DNA from: Myxococcales bacterium
GTDB taxonomy: Bacteria; Myxococcota_A; Polyangia; Haliangiales; SHYZ01
Length of the DNA stretch: 64,000 nucleotides
Assembly (NCBI GenBank): GCA_009692535.1
Contig: SHYZ01000003.1
Coordinates: 1,277-65,276, forward strand
Direction of reading: 5' to 3'
Position 1 is the first letter of the stretch, and each line of letters starts with the position of its first letter. Positions 1-9,480 of this stretch are shown one piece after another. Position numbers and translations under genes: made by a program. The notes under the pieces are model-generated. The model was not told the DNA's origin. It did not search any database and worked only from the letters and a program-made list of their open reading frames with translations.

Positions 1-62
1 GAAGCGCGTTGCACCGCTCAGTTTGCGACGCTGGTGTAGGATGCGCCGCACAAGGAGACTCC

Positions 63-1067
63 ATGGTCAACCGACTCTCGCTCGTAGCGCTGCTCGCGCT
101 CACGCTCCCCGCTTCGGCACTCGCACAGGGCGCGCCTACACCCGCACCTGCGCCTGCGCCTGCAACCGAAGTCGTCGAGCCCGCGGTGGCCGTGGAAGTG
201 GAAGAGGTGGACCTCGGCGCGACGTTCGATGAAGACGATCCCAATGCCCCCGATCGGCCGAGCGCGCACGGCGCGATCACGGTGCGCGATCTCGAGGGCG
301 AGCTGGCCGCCACCACGCCTCGCGCCACGCGCGCAACGTTTCCGCTCGAGTTCATCGAGCGCCCGATGACCCTCGTCGCGCGCCAGTACCAAATGTCACT
401 CGAACTGCCGCTGGCCGTCGGGGGAGCGGACGCCGCGATCGAGACCACGCTGGTCCTGCGCGCGGCCTACGGGCTCACCCAGGACGTTCAGGCGGGCATC
501 TCGTACGGCTTCGGGCTCGCACGCATCGCGCCCGAAGGCAGCGGCAAAGGCTTCGAGGCCGGCAAGGCATTCTCGATCGACGCCGCGTACACGCTGATCC
601 CCGACAAGCTCGCGGTCACCGCCAGCCTGCCGTTCTACGCCGACCCGTTCGCGCTCAGCCTGACCGCGGGACTGCCGTTCAGGCTGCGGGTCTACGACAA
701 GCTGGCGCTCTTCGGTCTGAACGACCTCGTCGAGTTGAAGCTCGCGACGATGCCGGTCAGCGTGTCCGAACCGGGCCGCAACATCGCGACCGCAGCGGGG
801 ATCGACGTTAGCAAAGAGCCTCCGGTGGGGCACTTCAACCTCACGTTCGGCGCGCTCTACCAGCACCGCGCCAACCTCGCGCTGACTGCGCAGATGGGGT
901 TCTTCTTCCACAACTTCTCGAGCGGCGATCAGCCGGTCGCGCTGCAAGTCGCCGCGCTGTTCGCCAAGAGCAAGCGGCTCGATCTCTCCGCACGGCTCGG
1001 CGTGGCGCGGCTCGACGACGTCGCAAGTTCGCTCGTGCTCGGGTTCGCGGCGACGTTTCGGATCTGA
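63..1067 (+). CDS. putative outer-membrane beta-barrel protein (hypothetical)
   Basis: ATG at 63 is preceded by AAGGAG (51-56). Signal peptide LSLVALLALTLPASALAQG is followed by an Ala/Pro linker. The body has a beta-strand-like alternating pattern and an OMP-like C-terminus ...FAATFRI. Family not recognised. Confidence 0.5.
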   Translation: MVNRLSLVALLALTLPASALAQGAPTPAPAPAPATEVVEPAVAVEVEEVDLGATFDEDDPNAPDRPSAHGAITVRDLEGELAATTPRATRATFPLEFIERPMTLVARQYQMSLELPLAVGGADAAIETTLVLRAAYGLTQDVQAGISYGFGLARIAPEGSGKGFEAGKAFSIDAAYTLIPDKLAVTASLPFYADPFALSLTAGLPFRLRVYDKLALFGLNDLVELKLATMPVSVSEPGRNIATAAGIDVSKEPPVGHFNLTFGALYQHRANLALTAQMGFFFHNFSSGDQPVALQVAALFAKSKRLDLSARLGVARLDDVASSLVLGFAATFRI

Positions 1068-1082
1068 GCGCGCGGCAAGAAC

Positions 1083-2075
1083 GTGGGCGCGGGCGAGCTA
1101 CTCTGCGGCGACGTCGGCGGCACCAAGTGCCTCCTCGGTCTCGTCGACGCTGCAGGGGTGCCGCACGCGGTCATGAGCTTTCCAAGCGCGCGCTTTGCGC
1201 GGTTCGAGGAGCTCTGTCGCGCCTACCTCGACGGGCTCGACGGCCGACACGAACCACCTGACGCGGCGTGCTTCGCCGTGGCTGGCCCTGTCGACGGCGA
1301 TTTTTGCGCGACGACCAACCTGCCCTGGCAGCTCGACGCGCGCGCGCTTGCGGCGGAGCTGGGCCTCGCCCAAGTGCGGCTCGTAAACGACTTTCACGCG
1401 CAGGCGCTCGCCGTCCTCGCGCTGCCGCCGGCCGACCTGGTCGAGATCGTTCCCGGCCGTGCCGTCGCCGGCGGACCGATCGCGGTGCTCGGCGCGGGCA
1501 CCGGCCTCGGCGAGGCGTTGCTCGTCCAGCACGGTGGCCGCTATGAGGTCATCGCGACCGAGGGGGGGCACAAGGACTTCGCGCCGACGAGCGAGCTTCA
1601 GCTCGAGCTCTACCGTGCGCTGCGTGCGCAGCTCGGCGGGCGCGTGTCGGTCGAGCGGGTGCTCTCGGGTGCGGGGCTCGCGGCGATTTATCGCTTTCTC
1701 GTCGAGCGCGGAACGGCGCCCGAGTCAGACGCCGTGCGCGCCGGGATGGCGGTCGAGGATCCAGCCGCGGTGGTGAGCCGACACGCGCTCGCCGGTGATG
1801 ACGCGCTCTGCGTCGCAGCGTTCGCGCTCTTCGTCGAGGTCTACGCGCAAGAGGCAGGCAACCTCGCGCTGCAGTTGCTCGCGCGCGGCGGCGTCTACCT
1901 CGCTGGCGGCATCGCGGCGAAGAACCTGCCGCGGTTCCAGGACGGTGCGTTCGCGCGCGCGTTCCACGACAAGGGGCGCATGCGGCCACTGGTCGAGCGG
2001 ATCCCGGTCCATGTCGTCACGAATCCCGCGTCCGGGCTTGTCGGCGCGGCGGTGGCGGGCAGGCGCGGGGAATGA
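1083..2075 (+). CDS. glk: glucokinase
   Basis: N-terminal GDVGGTKCLLGLV ATP-binding motif. LVNDFHAQALAV and EGGH motifs are typical of Glk-family glucokinases. Length is about 330 aa. Confidence 0.85.
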   Translation: MGAGELLCGDVGGTKCLLGLVDAAGVPHAVMSFPSARFARFEELCRAYLDGLDGRHEPPDAACFAVAGPVDGDFCATTNLPWQLDARALAAELGLAQVRLVNDFHAQALAVLALPPADLVEIVPGRAVAGGPIAVLGAGTGLGEALLVQHGGRYEVIATEGGHKDFAPTSELQLELYRALRAQLGGRVSVERVLSGAGLAAIYRFLVERGTAPESDAVRAGMAVEDPAAVVSRHALAGDDALCVAAFALFVEVYAQEAGNLALQLLARGGVYLAGGIAAKNLPRFQDGAFARAFHDKGRMRPLVERIPVHVVTNPASGLVGAAVAGRRGE

Positions 2076-2539
2076 CGCTCGGTGCGGCAGAACCGGGCGC
2101 GCTCACGGCGCTGCTCGTCGCCGTCTCGCGCGGCGGCAGTCGGCTCGCGCTGCGCACCCCGGCTGCGGACTAGCCGCCCGCCGAGTACACCGTGCTTCGC
2201 GACGACACCCTCGCACGCGGGCGCGACCTCTTGCGGCTGGTGCTGGCGCGCGAGGCCCCCGCGCTCTTTGCCCGCTGCGACGAGCGCGGTGCCACGCACG
2301 ATGGCGCCGGCACGACGAACGAGGACTTTCACGCATGGGACCAGCCGATCCTCGCGCCTGCCGACGGCGACGTGCTTGCCGTGGTCGATGGCGTGGCTGA
2401 CAACGTGCCGGGACAGATGAACCCCGCCGCGCCCATCGGCAACCACGTCGTGCTGCGCGTGGGCGACGGCGCGTTCGGACGGCGTGAGCCTCTCGCGCGG
2501 CGTGCCGGTGCGCGGACAGTTCGTGCGCACACGGCCGTG
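2072..2539 (+). pseudogene. M23/LytM-like peptidase remnant (in-frame TAG, frameshift, 3' truncation)
   Basis: ATG at 2072 overlaps the glk stop (ATGA). There is an in-frame TAG at 2171-2173. The same frame continues as ...FHAWDQPILAPADGDVLAVVDG...GNHVVLRVGDG. After about 2475 the plausible continuation RSDGVSLSRGVPVRGQFV lies in the +1 frame and stops at 2539, before any HxH motif. Confidence 0.35.
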
Positions 2540-2559
2540 AACTGGCGCAGCTTGCGGTG

Positions 2560-4827
2560 CTACCGCACGCCGCCGTGTGGCGCGTAGCCGGCGAGCGGGT
2601 ACTGCATCGGCCAGTCGAGCACCTGGCCCTGCTCGGCGGCGGCGTGCCGCGTGAAGTAGGGATCGTAGAGGTGCGCGCGCGCCAGCACGACGAGGTCGGC
2701 GCGCCCGGCAGCGAGGATGCTGTTCACGTCGTCCCACGTTGAGACCGCGCCGACGGTCATCGTCGGGACGCCCGCCTCGCGCCGGATGCGATCCGAGAAC
2801 GGCGTCTGGTAGAGGCGCCCGTAGCGCGTCTTGCCGCCAGCGACGGTCTGTCCGCTCGACACGTCGATCACGTCGCACCCCGCGCGCGCGAGCAGCCGCG
2901 CGACCTCGACCGACTCGTCGCCGCCAAGGCCGCCGGGGGCCCAGTCGCAAGCAGAGATGCGCACCGCGATCGGTCGGTCGGCGGGCCACGCCGCGCGCAC
3001 CGCGCCGAGCACCTCGAGCGGAAAGCGCATGCGGTTGGCGAGTGCGCCGCCGTACTCGTCGGTGCGCCGGTTCGTCAGCGGAGAGATGAAGGTCGCGAGC
3101 AGGTAGCCGTGCGCGGCGTGAAGCTCGAGGAGATCGAAGCCGACGTCGGCGGCGCGGTAGGTGGCGCGCACGAAGTCGTCGCGCACGGCAGCCATGTCGG
3201 CGCGGGTCATTTCGCGCGGCACCTGGCCGTCGATGCGGTAGGGAATCGCCGACGGGGCGACCAGCGGCCACGCTCCCTCGGCGAGCGGCTCGTCGATCCC
3301 CGCCCACATCAGGCGCGTGGCGCCCTTGCGGCCCGCGTGGCCGAGCTGCACGCCGAGCTTGGCGCGCGTGTGCCGGTGCACGAAGTCGGCGACGCGCCGC
3401 CACGCGACCACGTGCTCGTCGGTGTAGAGGCCCGCGCAGCCGGGCGTGATGCGCGCGTCGGCCGCGATGTCGGTCATCTCGGTCATGACCAAGCCGGCGC
3501 CTCCCATCGCGCGGCTGCCGAGGTGCACGAGGTGAAAGTCGTCCACCGTCCCCTCGTCGGCGGAGTACATGCACATCGGCGAGACCACGACGCGGTTCTC
3601 GAGCAGCAGCCCGCCGAGGCGGAGTGGCGTGAACATCGGCGGCGGCGCGGGGACAACGGAAGGGATGCGAGCGTGCTCGGCGGCGCGGATGGCGAACGCA
3701 CTGTTCACCAGCGCGACGAACGCGGGGTCGCGCCGCGCGAGGTTTGCGTGGGTGACGCGCAGGCTGCGTGTGAGCAGGTTGAACGCGAACTCGATCGGCG
3801 CGGTGTCACGGTAGCGTTCGGTCTCCTCGAACCATTCGAGGCTGACTTGTGCGGCGCGCTGCGTGCTGTCGACACCGGGACGCCGCGCGGACTCGTAGGC
3901 GGCGAGTGCAGGCGCGACGTCGTCTGCGTGTTCGATCGCCTCGTGCAGCGCGATTGCGTCCTCGAGCGCGAGCTTGGTGCCCGAGCCGATCGAGAAATGC
4001 GCGGTGTGCGCCGCGTCGCCGACGAGTACGACGTTGTCGTGGTGCCAGCGCGCGTTCTTCACCGTCGGGAAGCTGCGCCAGATGGAGCGATTCGCGGTGA
4101 GCCGGTGGCCCGCGAGCTCGGGCGCGAAGAGGCGCTCGAGGTAGGCGATGGTCTCGATCTCGGACGTTGCGTCGAGGCCGGCGGCGCGCCACGTGTGGTC
4201 GGTGCACTCGACGATGAACGTGGAGGCTGCCGCCTCGTAGCGATAGGCGTGGACGCGGAAGAGGCCGTGCTCGTTCTCGCGAAAGTAGAAGGTGAATGCG
4301 CCAAACGGGAACGTCGTGCCGAGCCAGACAAAGCGGTTCGGTCGATGGTCGATCTCGGGGCCGAAGTGGGATGCGAATGCGGTGCGTACGGAGCTGGTGA
4401 GCCCATCGGCGCCGAGGAGTAGGTCGACGCTCGCGGCGAGTGCGGGGACGTCGGTGATTTCGGTGCCGTGGATGAGTTCGACGCCGAGTGCCAAGGCGCG
4501 TTGCTCGAGGATTGTGAGCAGGCGGCGGCGGCCAAGGCCAGCGAAGCCGTGGCCGGTCGAGCGCACGACCGCGCCCTTCCAGTGGACCTCGATGTCGTCC
4601 CAGTGCGAGAAGCTGTTGGTGATCTCGGCGTGGGACTCGGCATCGGCGGCGGCGAGGTTGGTCATCGTGGCGTCCGAGAACACGACACCGAAACCGAACG
4701 TGTCGCCGGGGCCGTTGCGCTCGTGAACCACGACGCGGCGGGATGGATCGGCTTTCTTGGCGAGGATCGCGTAGTAGAGACCGGCGGGGCCGCCACCGAC
4801 GGAGATGATGGTGCGGGGACGAGACAC
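2560..4827 (-). CDS. bifunctional FAD-dependent aromatic hydroxylase / Old-Yellow-Enzyme-type NADH:flavin oxidoreductase (salicylyl-CoA 5-hydroxylase-like)
   Basis: N-terminal half has the [10 protein letters not shown] dinucleotide fold and [21 protein letters not shown], typical of FAD monooxygenases. C-terminal half has VVSPMCMY...HLGSRA...QLGHAGRK...ELHAAHGYL, typical of the OYE family. I chose the GTG start at 4827; the upstream part of the 899-aa ORF is Ser/Pro/Arg low-complexity and probably non-coding. Confidence 0.8.
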   Translation of the reverse strand: MSRPRTIISVGGGPAGLYYAILAKKADPSRRVVVHERNGPGDTFGFGVVFSDATMTNLAAADAESHAEITNSFSHWDDIEVHWKGAVVRSTGHGFAGLGRRRLLTILEQRALALGVELIHGTEITDVPALAASVDLLLGADGLTSSVRTAFASHFGPEIDHRPNRFVWLGTTFPFGAFTFYFRENEHGLFRVHAYRYEAAASTFIVECTDHTWRAAGLDATSEIETIAYLERLFAPELAGHRLTANRSIWRSFPTVKNARWHHDNVVLVGDAAHTAHFSIGSGTKLALEDAIALHEAIEHADDVAPALAAYESARRPGVDSTQRAAQVSLEWFEETERYRDTAPIEFAFNLLTRSLRVTHANLARRDPAFVALVNSAFAIRAAEHARIPSVVPAPPPMFTPLRLGGLLLENRVVVSPMCMYSADEGTVDDFHLVHLGSRAMGGAGLVMTEMTDIAADARITPGCAGLYTDEHVVAWRRVADFVHRHTRAKLGVQLGHAGRKGATRLMWAGIDEPLAEGAWPLVAPSAIPYRIDGQVPREMTRADMAAVRDDFVRATYRAADVGFDLLELHAAHGYLLATFISPLTNRRTDEYGGALANRMRFPLEVLGAVRAAWPADRPIAVRISACDWAPGGLGGDESVEVARLLARAGCDVIDVSSGQTVAGGKTRYGRLYQTPFSDRIRREAGVPTMTVGAVSTWDDVNSILAAGRADLVVLARAHLYDPYFTRHAAAEQGQVLDWPMQYPLAGYAPHGGVR

Positions 4828-4924
4828 GACGGCATTCTTGCCGAAGTCGGCGGGGCGGGCAATCCGTGGGCTTGACAGGCCCGGGGGCTTGACAGGCCCG
4901 GGGGAGAACCCAGTTACTGACTTG

Positions 4925-5431
4925 GTGTCCCTGCCGCGCGCCGCGATGGTTCTGCTCGCGGTCGGGCTGCTCGGATGCGGCGGTGCGCCGGCTGCGCGGC
5001 CGTCGGAGCGGCGCGGGGAGGTTGCTGGGCGGGTGTTTGAGTTCGCGACTGGCGGTGCGTATGCCGAGGATGGCGACGGGGAGTGGATGCTCCGGGTGCG
5101 AGGGCGGTCGCTCTGGATTGCGGTCGACCGCGCGGGAGAGATTGTCGAGTTCGGCGCGTTTCGGCTCGCACCGCGTGAGGCGAAGAAATTGTGGCGACTC
5201 GTGGATGCGCTCGAGCTGGGCGATCGCAGCACGGCTGGAAAGGATCGGCCTTCGCCCACGGTGCGGCGTCACCGCTTCGTGATCGGCGAGCGCGACGAGG
5301 AGCCGGTCGTCGTCTGGATGGCGCCCGCGGCCGAGGAGGACGAAGCGACCGGGGAGCTGCTCGCCTACTGCGAGAAGCTCATCCGTCGGCATGCGCGCGC
5401 GAGTGCGCGACTCGGGCTCGACGGCGGCTGA
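4925..5431 (+). CDS. hypothetical lipoprotein
   Basis: Lipobox [13 protein letters not shown]. The start is ambiguous (TTG 4922, GTG 4925 or ATG 4946). No recognised domain. Confidence 0.5.
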   Translation: MSLPRAAMVLLAVGLLGCGGAPAARPSERRGEVAGRVFEFATGGAYAEDGDGEWMLRVRGRSLWIAVDRAGEIVEFGAFRLAPREAKKLWRLVDALELGDRSTAGKDRPSPTVRRHRFVIGERDEEPVVVWMAPAAEEDEATGELLAYCEKLIRRHARASARLGLDGG

Positions 5432-5434
5432 GCG

Positions 5435-7285
5435 CTAGACCGTCGCGAACGCGGCGTCGGGCAGATCGATCGGGCTGGTGTCCTCGGCGGCGAGGATTTT
5501 TGCCTTGGCCTCGACGCCGGGCAGCACGTTGCGCGCGTAGTAAAGGGCGGCGGCGCGCTTCCCCGTGTAGAAGTCGTGATCGGGGTGGCCGTCGGCGAGG
5601 GAGGCTTTTGCGAGGCCGGCGATGTGCGCGCTCTCGAGCAGCTTCCACGCGACGGCGACCTCCGCCATCATTTCGAGGAAGCGGTTGGCGGCGAGCGGCA
5701 CCATCTGGATGCGCCCGCCGTGGAACCACCCGAGCAGGCGCATCGCGGCACCCGTGAGTGACTCGCTCGCGCGGCCGAGCGCGACGACCTCGGGGCCGAG
5801 CTCGGCATGCTGACCGTGCGCGGCGACGAAGTTGCCGATGTCGGCGAGGAACGCCTTGAGCGGCGCGCCTCCCTCCTGCGCGAGCTTGCGCCCGACGAGG
5901 TCCATCGCCTGGATGTGGTTCGTCCCCTCGTAGATCGCGAGAATCTTCGAGTCGCGGCAGTACTGCTCGACCGGATGATCCTTGAGATACCCGTGGCCGC
6001 CGTAGGTCTGGATCGCGGTCTCGCAGACGCGGAACGACTGGTCGGTCGCATACGCCTTCACGATCGGCGTGAGCAGATCGACCTGCCCGCGGTGGTACGC
6101 GACCTTGGCATCGTCGTTCCCTGCGGCGAGTGCGACGGCCACGCAGTCCATGTGGTGCGCCAGCCCAAAAATCAGCGCGCGGATTCCCTCTACGCGCGCC
6201 TTCATGTCGAGCAGCATCCGCCGCACATCGGGGTGCTGCAGGATCGCGACGCGCGGCGCCGAGGGATCCTTCCACTGCGAAATGTGCGCGCCCTGCTTGC
6301 GCTCGCGCGCGTACTCGAGCGCGGAGAGGTACGCGGCCGACGCCACGCCGAGCCCCTGCAAGGCGACACCGATGCGCGCACCGTTCATCATCTTGAACAT
6401 CTGCGACATGCCGGCGTGCTCGACCGTGCCGACCAGCTCACCGACGCAGGCGTCGTTCTCACCAAAGTTCAGCACGCAGGTGGCCGAGCCGTTGATACCC
6501 ATCTTGTGCTCGATCGAGCCGACGGCGACGTCGTTGGACGCCCCCGAGCTGCCGTCGGCACCGATGCGCCGCTTCGGCACGATGAACAGCGAGAGCCCCT
6601 TGGTGCCCGGCGCCGCGCCCGCGATGCGCGCGAGCACGAGGTGGATCACGTTCTCGGTGAGATCGTGATCGCCGCCCGAAATGAAAATCTTGGTGCCGCG
6701 GATCGCGTAGCTGCCGTCGGGCAACCGCGTCGCGTGCGTCTTCGCCGCGCCCACGTCGGAGCCGGCCTGCGGCTCGGTGAGGCACATCGTCCCGCCCCAC
6801 TCGCCAGCGTGCAGTCGCCGCGGGTAACGCGCCTTCTGCGCGGGCGTGCCGACCGCGTGCAGCAGCTCCGCGACGCCGTACGAGAGCCCCGGGTACATCG
6901 AGAACGATGAATTCGAGCCGGCGAGCGCCTCCTCAACGAGCGCGTGCATCAGGAACGGCGCGCCCTGCCCGCCATGCTCCTCCTGCGCACAGAGCGACTT
7001 CCACCCGTCCTGATACAGCCGCACCCACGCCTCCTTGAAACCCGGCGGCGTGAACACCTGTCCGTTCTCGAGCCGACAGCCGACTCGATCACCGATCGCG
7101 TTGAGTGGACCCGCGACCTCGCGCGCGAACCGGTCGACCTCGGTCACGACCATGTCGACCTCATCCCGCCCCCACGCCGCGAAGGGCGCCTTGCCGAGCA
7201 GCGTGTCCTGCATCCGCAGCAGCTCGAACAGCACGAAGCGAACGTCGCGAAGGTCGGCTTTGTATCGGTTTTGCGCCTGGCTCAC
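5435..7285 (-). CDS. long-chain-type acyl-CoA dehydrogenase
   Basis: YKADLRDVRFVLFE N-terminus, TEPQAGSD, FISGGDHD and QTYGGHGY motifs, plus a C-terminal extension as in roughly 600-aa FadE-like ACADs. I prefer the GTG start at 7285 (GAGG upstream) over ATG 7321, because the ATG lies inside an AT-rich palindrome. Confidence 0.85.
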   Translation of the reverse strand: MSQAQNRYKADLRDVRFVLFELLRMQDTLLGKAPFAAWGRDEVDMVVTEVDRFAREVAGPLNAIGDRVGCRLENGQVFTPPGFKEAWVRLYQDGWKSLCAQEEHGGQGAPFLMHALVEEALAGSNSSFSMYPGLSYGVAELLHAVGTPAQKARYPRRLHAGEWGGTMCLTEPQAGSDVGAAKTHATRLPDGSYAIRGTKIFISGGDHDLTENVIHLVLARIAGAAPGTKGLSLFIVPKRRIGADGSSGASNDVAVGSIEHKMGINGSATCVLNFGENDACVGELVGTVEHAGMSQMFKMMNGARIGVALQGLGVASAAYLSALEYARERKQGAHISQWKDPSAPRVAILQHPDVRRMLLDMKARVEGIRALIFGLAHHMDCVAVALAAGNDDAKVAYHRGQVDLLTPIVKAYATDQSFRVCETAIQTYGGHGYLKDHPVEQYCRDSKILAIYEGTNHIQAMDLVGRKLAQEGGAPLKAFLADIGNFVAAHGQHAELGPEVVALGRASESLTGAAMRLLGWFHGGRIQMVPLAANRFLEMMAEVAVAWKLLESAHIAGLAKASLADGHPDHDFYTGKRAAALYYARNVLPGVEAKAKILAAEDTSPIDLPDAAFATV

Positions 7286-7302
7286 GGGGCACCTCGAGCT
7301 GG

Positions 7303-7320
7303 TGAATGATGGTTCATTCA
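7303..7320. promoter_or_regulatory. perfect 7-4-7 palindrome TGAATGA-TGGT-TCATTCA, candidate operator
   Basis: AT-rich perfect inverted repeat in a GC-rich genome, 18-35 nt upstream of the acyl-CoA dehydrogenase start. It sits in the divergent intergenic region 7286-7516. Confidence 0.35.
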
Positions 7321-7516
7321 TAGGTCTACGATAGCCGGAGCGGTGCGTCAAGCTGAGTCGTCGCCACCCGTCGTGTCCGGTCCACCGGACGCTCCATGGC
7401 AACTCGAGAAGCCGGCCAGCAGGGTCGAAAACCTATGCAACACCTCACAACGACTTGTAACGCAGCGTGGCATCGTCCATGCAAGGAGTGCCACCGAATC
7501 CACCCGGAGAATCCCC

Positions 7517-9412
7517 ATGCGCACGCAGACCACGACCCGCACCTTCCTGATGGCCACGCTCGCCGCGGCCAGTCTCGGCCTCACCGCCTGCAACGGCGGG
7601 GCAGGCGACGACGACGAGTTCGCGATCGAGCCGGAAGACCTCGACCCCACCGCCGGCGAAGACGGCAAGTTCGAGGCGTGGAACTCGGCCAACAACCCGG
7701 CCTTCATCGACGGCACCTTCCTGCTCTACGCACACCAGCTGCCGCTCACGGGGCAGACCGAGCGCGCGCCGATCGTCGGCGACTACTGGGCGACCTCGCG
7801 CGACAACCTGAACCACAAGTGGGATGGGCCGAACAGCCAGTCGCCGGCCGAAAAATGGGGCAAGGCGTTTGGCATCGCCGACATGCCGAAAAAGATCTCC
7901 GAGGCGAGTGGCGTGCTCTCTGCCGACTGGCGGAAGGCGTGCACGACCGACTCAGAGTGCACCGCCGAGATGGACGGTTCGATCTGCGCCAAGCCGAAGA
8001 CGGGGCGCGACTCCGATGCGACCAGCGGACGCTGCATCCCGACGTGGTGGGGCATCTGCCACGGCTGGGCGCCGTACGCGCTGATGGAGCCGACCCCGGT
8101 TCGCCCGGTCACGCGCCAGGCGGCCGACGGCACGCAGGTGACGTTCTACCCGGGAGACATCACCGGCCTGATGTCGCTCATCTACGGCGCGGACCTGCCG
8201 ACGAAGTTCATCTCGCAGCGCTGCAACAAGGACATGCCGCCGACCGACTCGAACGGCCGCCTGATCCTCGGCGACTGCCGCGACATGAACCCGGGCAGCT
8301 GGCACGTGCTGGTCACCAACATGCTCGGCCTGCGCAAGCAGGGCTTCGTGCTCGACCAGACGTACGACGACGAGGTCTGGAATCAGCCGGCGTGGAAGTA
8401 CGACGTGAAGAACGGCGTGGACAGCAAGCTGAAGGAGATCACGAAGGACGAGGCGGCGGTGCTCCTCGGCGCGAACCTGACGCAGACCGCGCTCCTGCCG
8501 GCGACGGTGCTTGCCGCCGCCGCGACGAAGAGCGGCACGCACACCGCGACGGTCGCGGGCAAGCTGGTGATCAAGCTGGCCGGCACCGGCGACGTGGACC
8601 TGTACGTCAAGGTCGGCTCGGTGCCGACGGAGAGCGCGTACGACTGCCGCCCCTACGCCTCGACGTCGGATGAGGAGTGCGAGGTCACGGTCACCAGCGG
8701 CGCGGTCGTGCACTGGATGGTCAAGGGCTACGGCGAGACGGCGAACATCACGCTGAACGCCGGCGCTGCGAGCTCGAGCGCGACCTACAGCTACAACTCG
8801 GCGGCGAAGAAGTTCTTCCACGTGAAGATGGACTTCACGTTCATCGTCGAGGGCGAGCCGAGCCGCGACGCGACCGAGAACGTGTCGCCGTACGCCACGA
8901 AGAAGACCTACGAGTACGTGCTCGAGGCTGACGAGTTCAACAAGATCATCGGCGGCGAGTGGCTCGGCGCCAGCCGGCTCGAGCACCCCGACTTCGCGTG
9001 GTGGGCGACCGGCACGCCGACCGGCACCGCGGCGGGCATGACCTATGCGCAGGTGAAGGCGATCTCCGACGAGGCGGCCGCCATGACCACGACCCCCGAC
9101 GAGGTGAAGCTCTTCGACGCGCTCGTGTTCACGAACGGCCAGTCGAAGTACGCGGCGGTCGTGGTCGCGGCCGGCGTGAAGAAGCTCCAGGTCTCGATGA
9201 CCGGCACCGGCGACGCCGACTTCTACGTCCGCAAGGGGCAGAACCCGACGCTGACGACGTTCAACTGCCGCGGCAAGACGGCCGGCACGGCGACCGAGTC
9301 GTGCACGGTCAACGTCGCGGTGTCGGGTGGCACCTACTACGTGCGCGTGAAGCCGGTCAGCGTCGGCGGCACGTACCCGACGGTCACGGTCACGGCGCTC
9401 AAGGTTCGCTAG
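7517..9412 (+). CDS. secreted lipoprotein: GP42-type transglutaminase-like domain plus two pre-peptidase C-terminal (PPC) domains
   Basis: ATG at 7517 with GGAGA RBS; lipobox LGLTACNG. Contains WWGICHGW (8045-8068) and VWNQPAWKYDVKN (8375-8413), which resembles Phytophthora Pep-13 (VWNQPVRGFKVYE). Two PPC-like modules: GTGDVDLYVK... and GTGDADFYVRKG...YYVRVKP. Confidence 0.65.
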   Translation: MRTQTTTRTFLMATLAAASLGLTACNGGAGDDDEFAIEPEDLDPTAGEDGKFEAWNSANNPAFIDGTFLLYAHQLPLTGQTERAPIVGDYWATSRDNLNHKWDGPNSQSPAEKWGKAFGIADMPKKISEASGVLSADWRKACTTDSECTAEMDGSICAKPKTGRDSDATSGRCIPTWWGICHGWAPYALMEPTPVRPVTRQAADGTQVTFYPGDITGLMSLIYGADLPTKFISQRCNKDMPPTDSNGRLILGDCRDMNPGSWHVLVTNMLGLRKQGFVLDQTYDDEVWNQPAWKYDVKNGVDSKLKEITKDEAAVLLGANLTQTALLPATVLAAAATKSGTHTATVAGKLVIKLAGTGDVDLYVKVGSVPTESAYDCRPYASTSDEECEVTVTSGAVVHWMVKGYGETANITLNAGAASSSATYSYNSAAKKFFHVKMDFTFIVEGEPSRDATENVSPYATKKTYEYVLEADEFNKIIGGEWLGASRLEHPDFAWWATGTPTGTAAGMTYAQVKAISDEAAAMTTTPDEVKLFDALVFTNGQSKYAAVVVAAGVKKLQVSMTGTGDADFYVRKGQNPTLTTFNCRGKTAGTATESCTVNVAVSGGTYYVRVKPVSVGGTYPTVTVTALKVR

Positions 9413-9447
9413 GAACCAACTCCTCGTTCGCCTACTTTTGTCTCACG

Positions 9448-9480
9448 GCGGGTCGCCTTCGGGCGGCCCGTTTCATTTAA
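9448..9480. terminator. bidirectional rho-independent terminator candidate
   Basis: GC-rich 9-bp stem CGGGTCGCC / GGCGGCCCG with a TTCG loop, followed by TTTCATTT. It lies between convergent genes ending at 9412 and 9477. Confidence 0.5.

Noticed and set aside
1895-3574. 559-aa minus-strand ORF, and similar very long ORFs (3806..5392, 10042..11934, 33864..36305, 42837..45077, 49813..52875, 41626..43401, 39584..41173)
   Set aside because: They are extremely Arg/Pro/Ala-rich and have no recognisable motifs. Each lies antisense to or out of frame with a gene that carries clear family signatures. These are typical shadow ORFs of a roughly 70% GC genome.
4828-5259. N-terminal 144 codons of the 899-aa ORF 2560..5259
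   Set aside because: The sequence is Ser/Pro/Arg low-complexity and overlaps the divergent lipoprotein gene. The FAD-binding GGGPAG motif begins right after the GTG at 4827.
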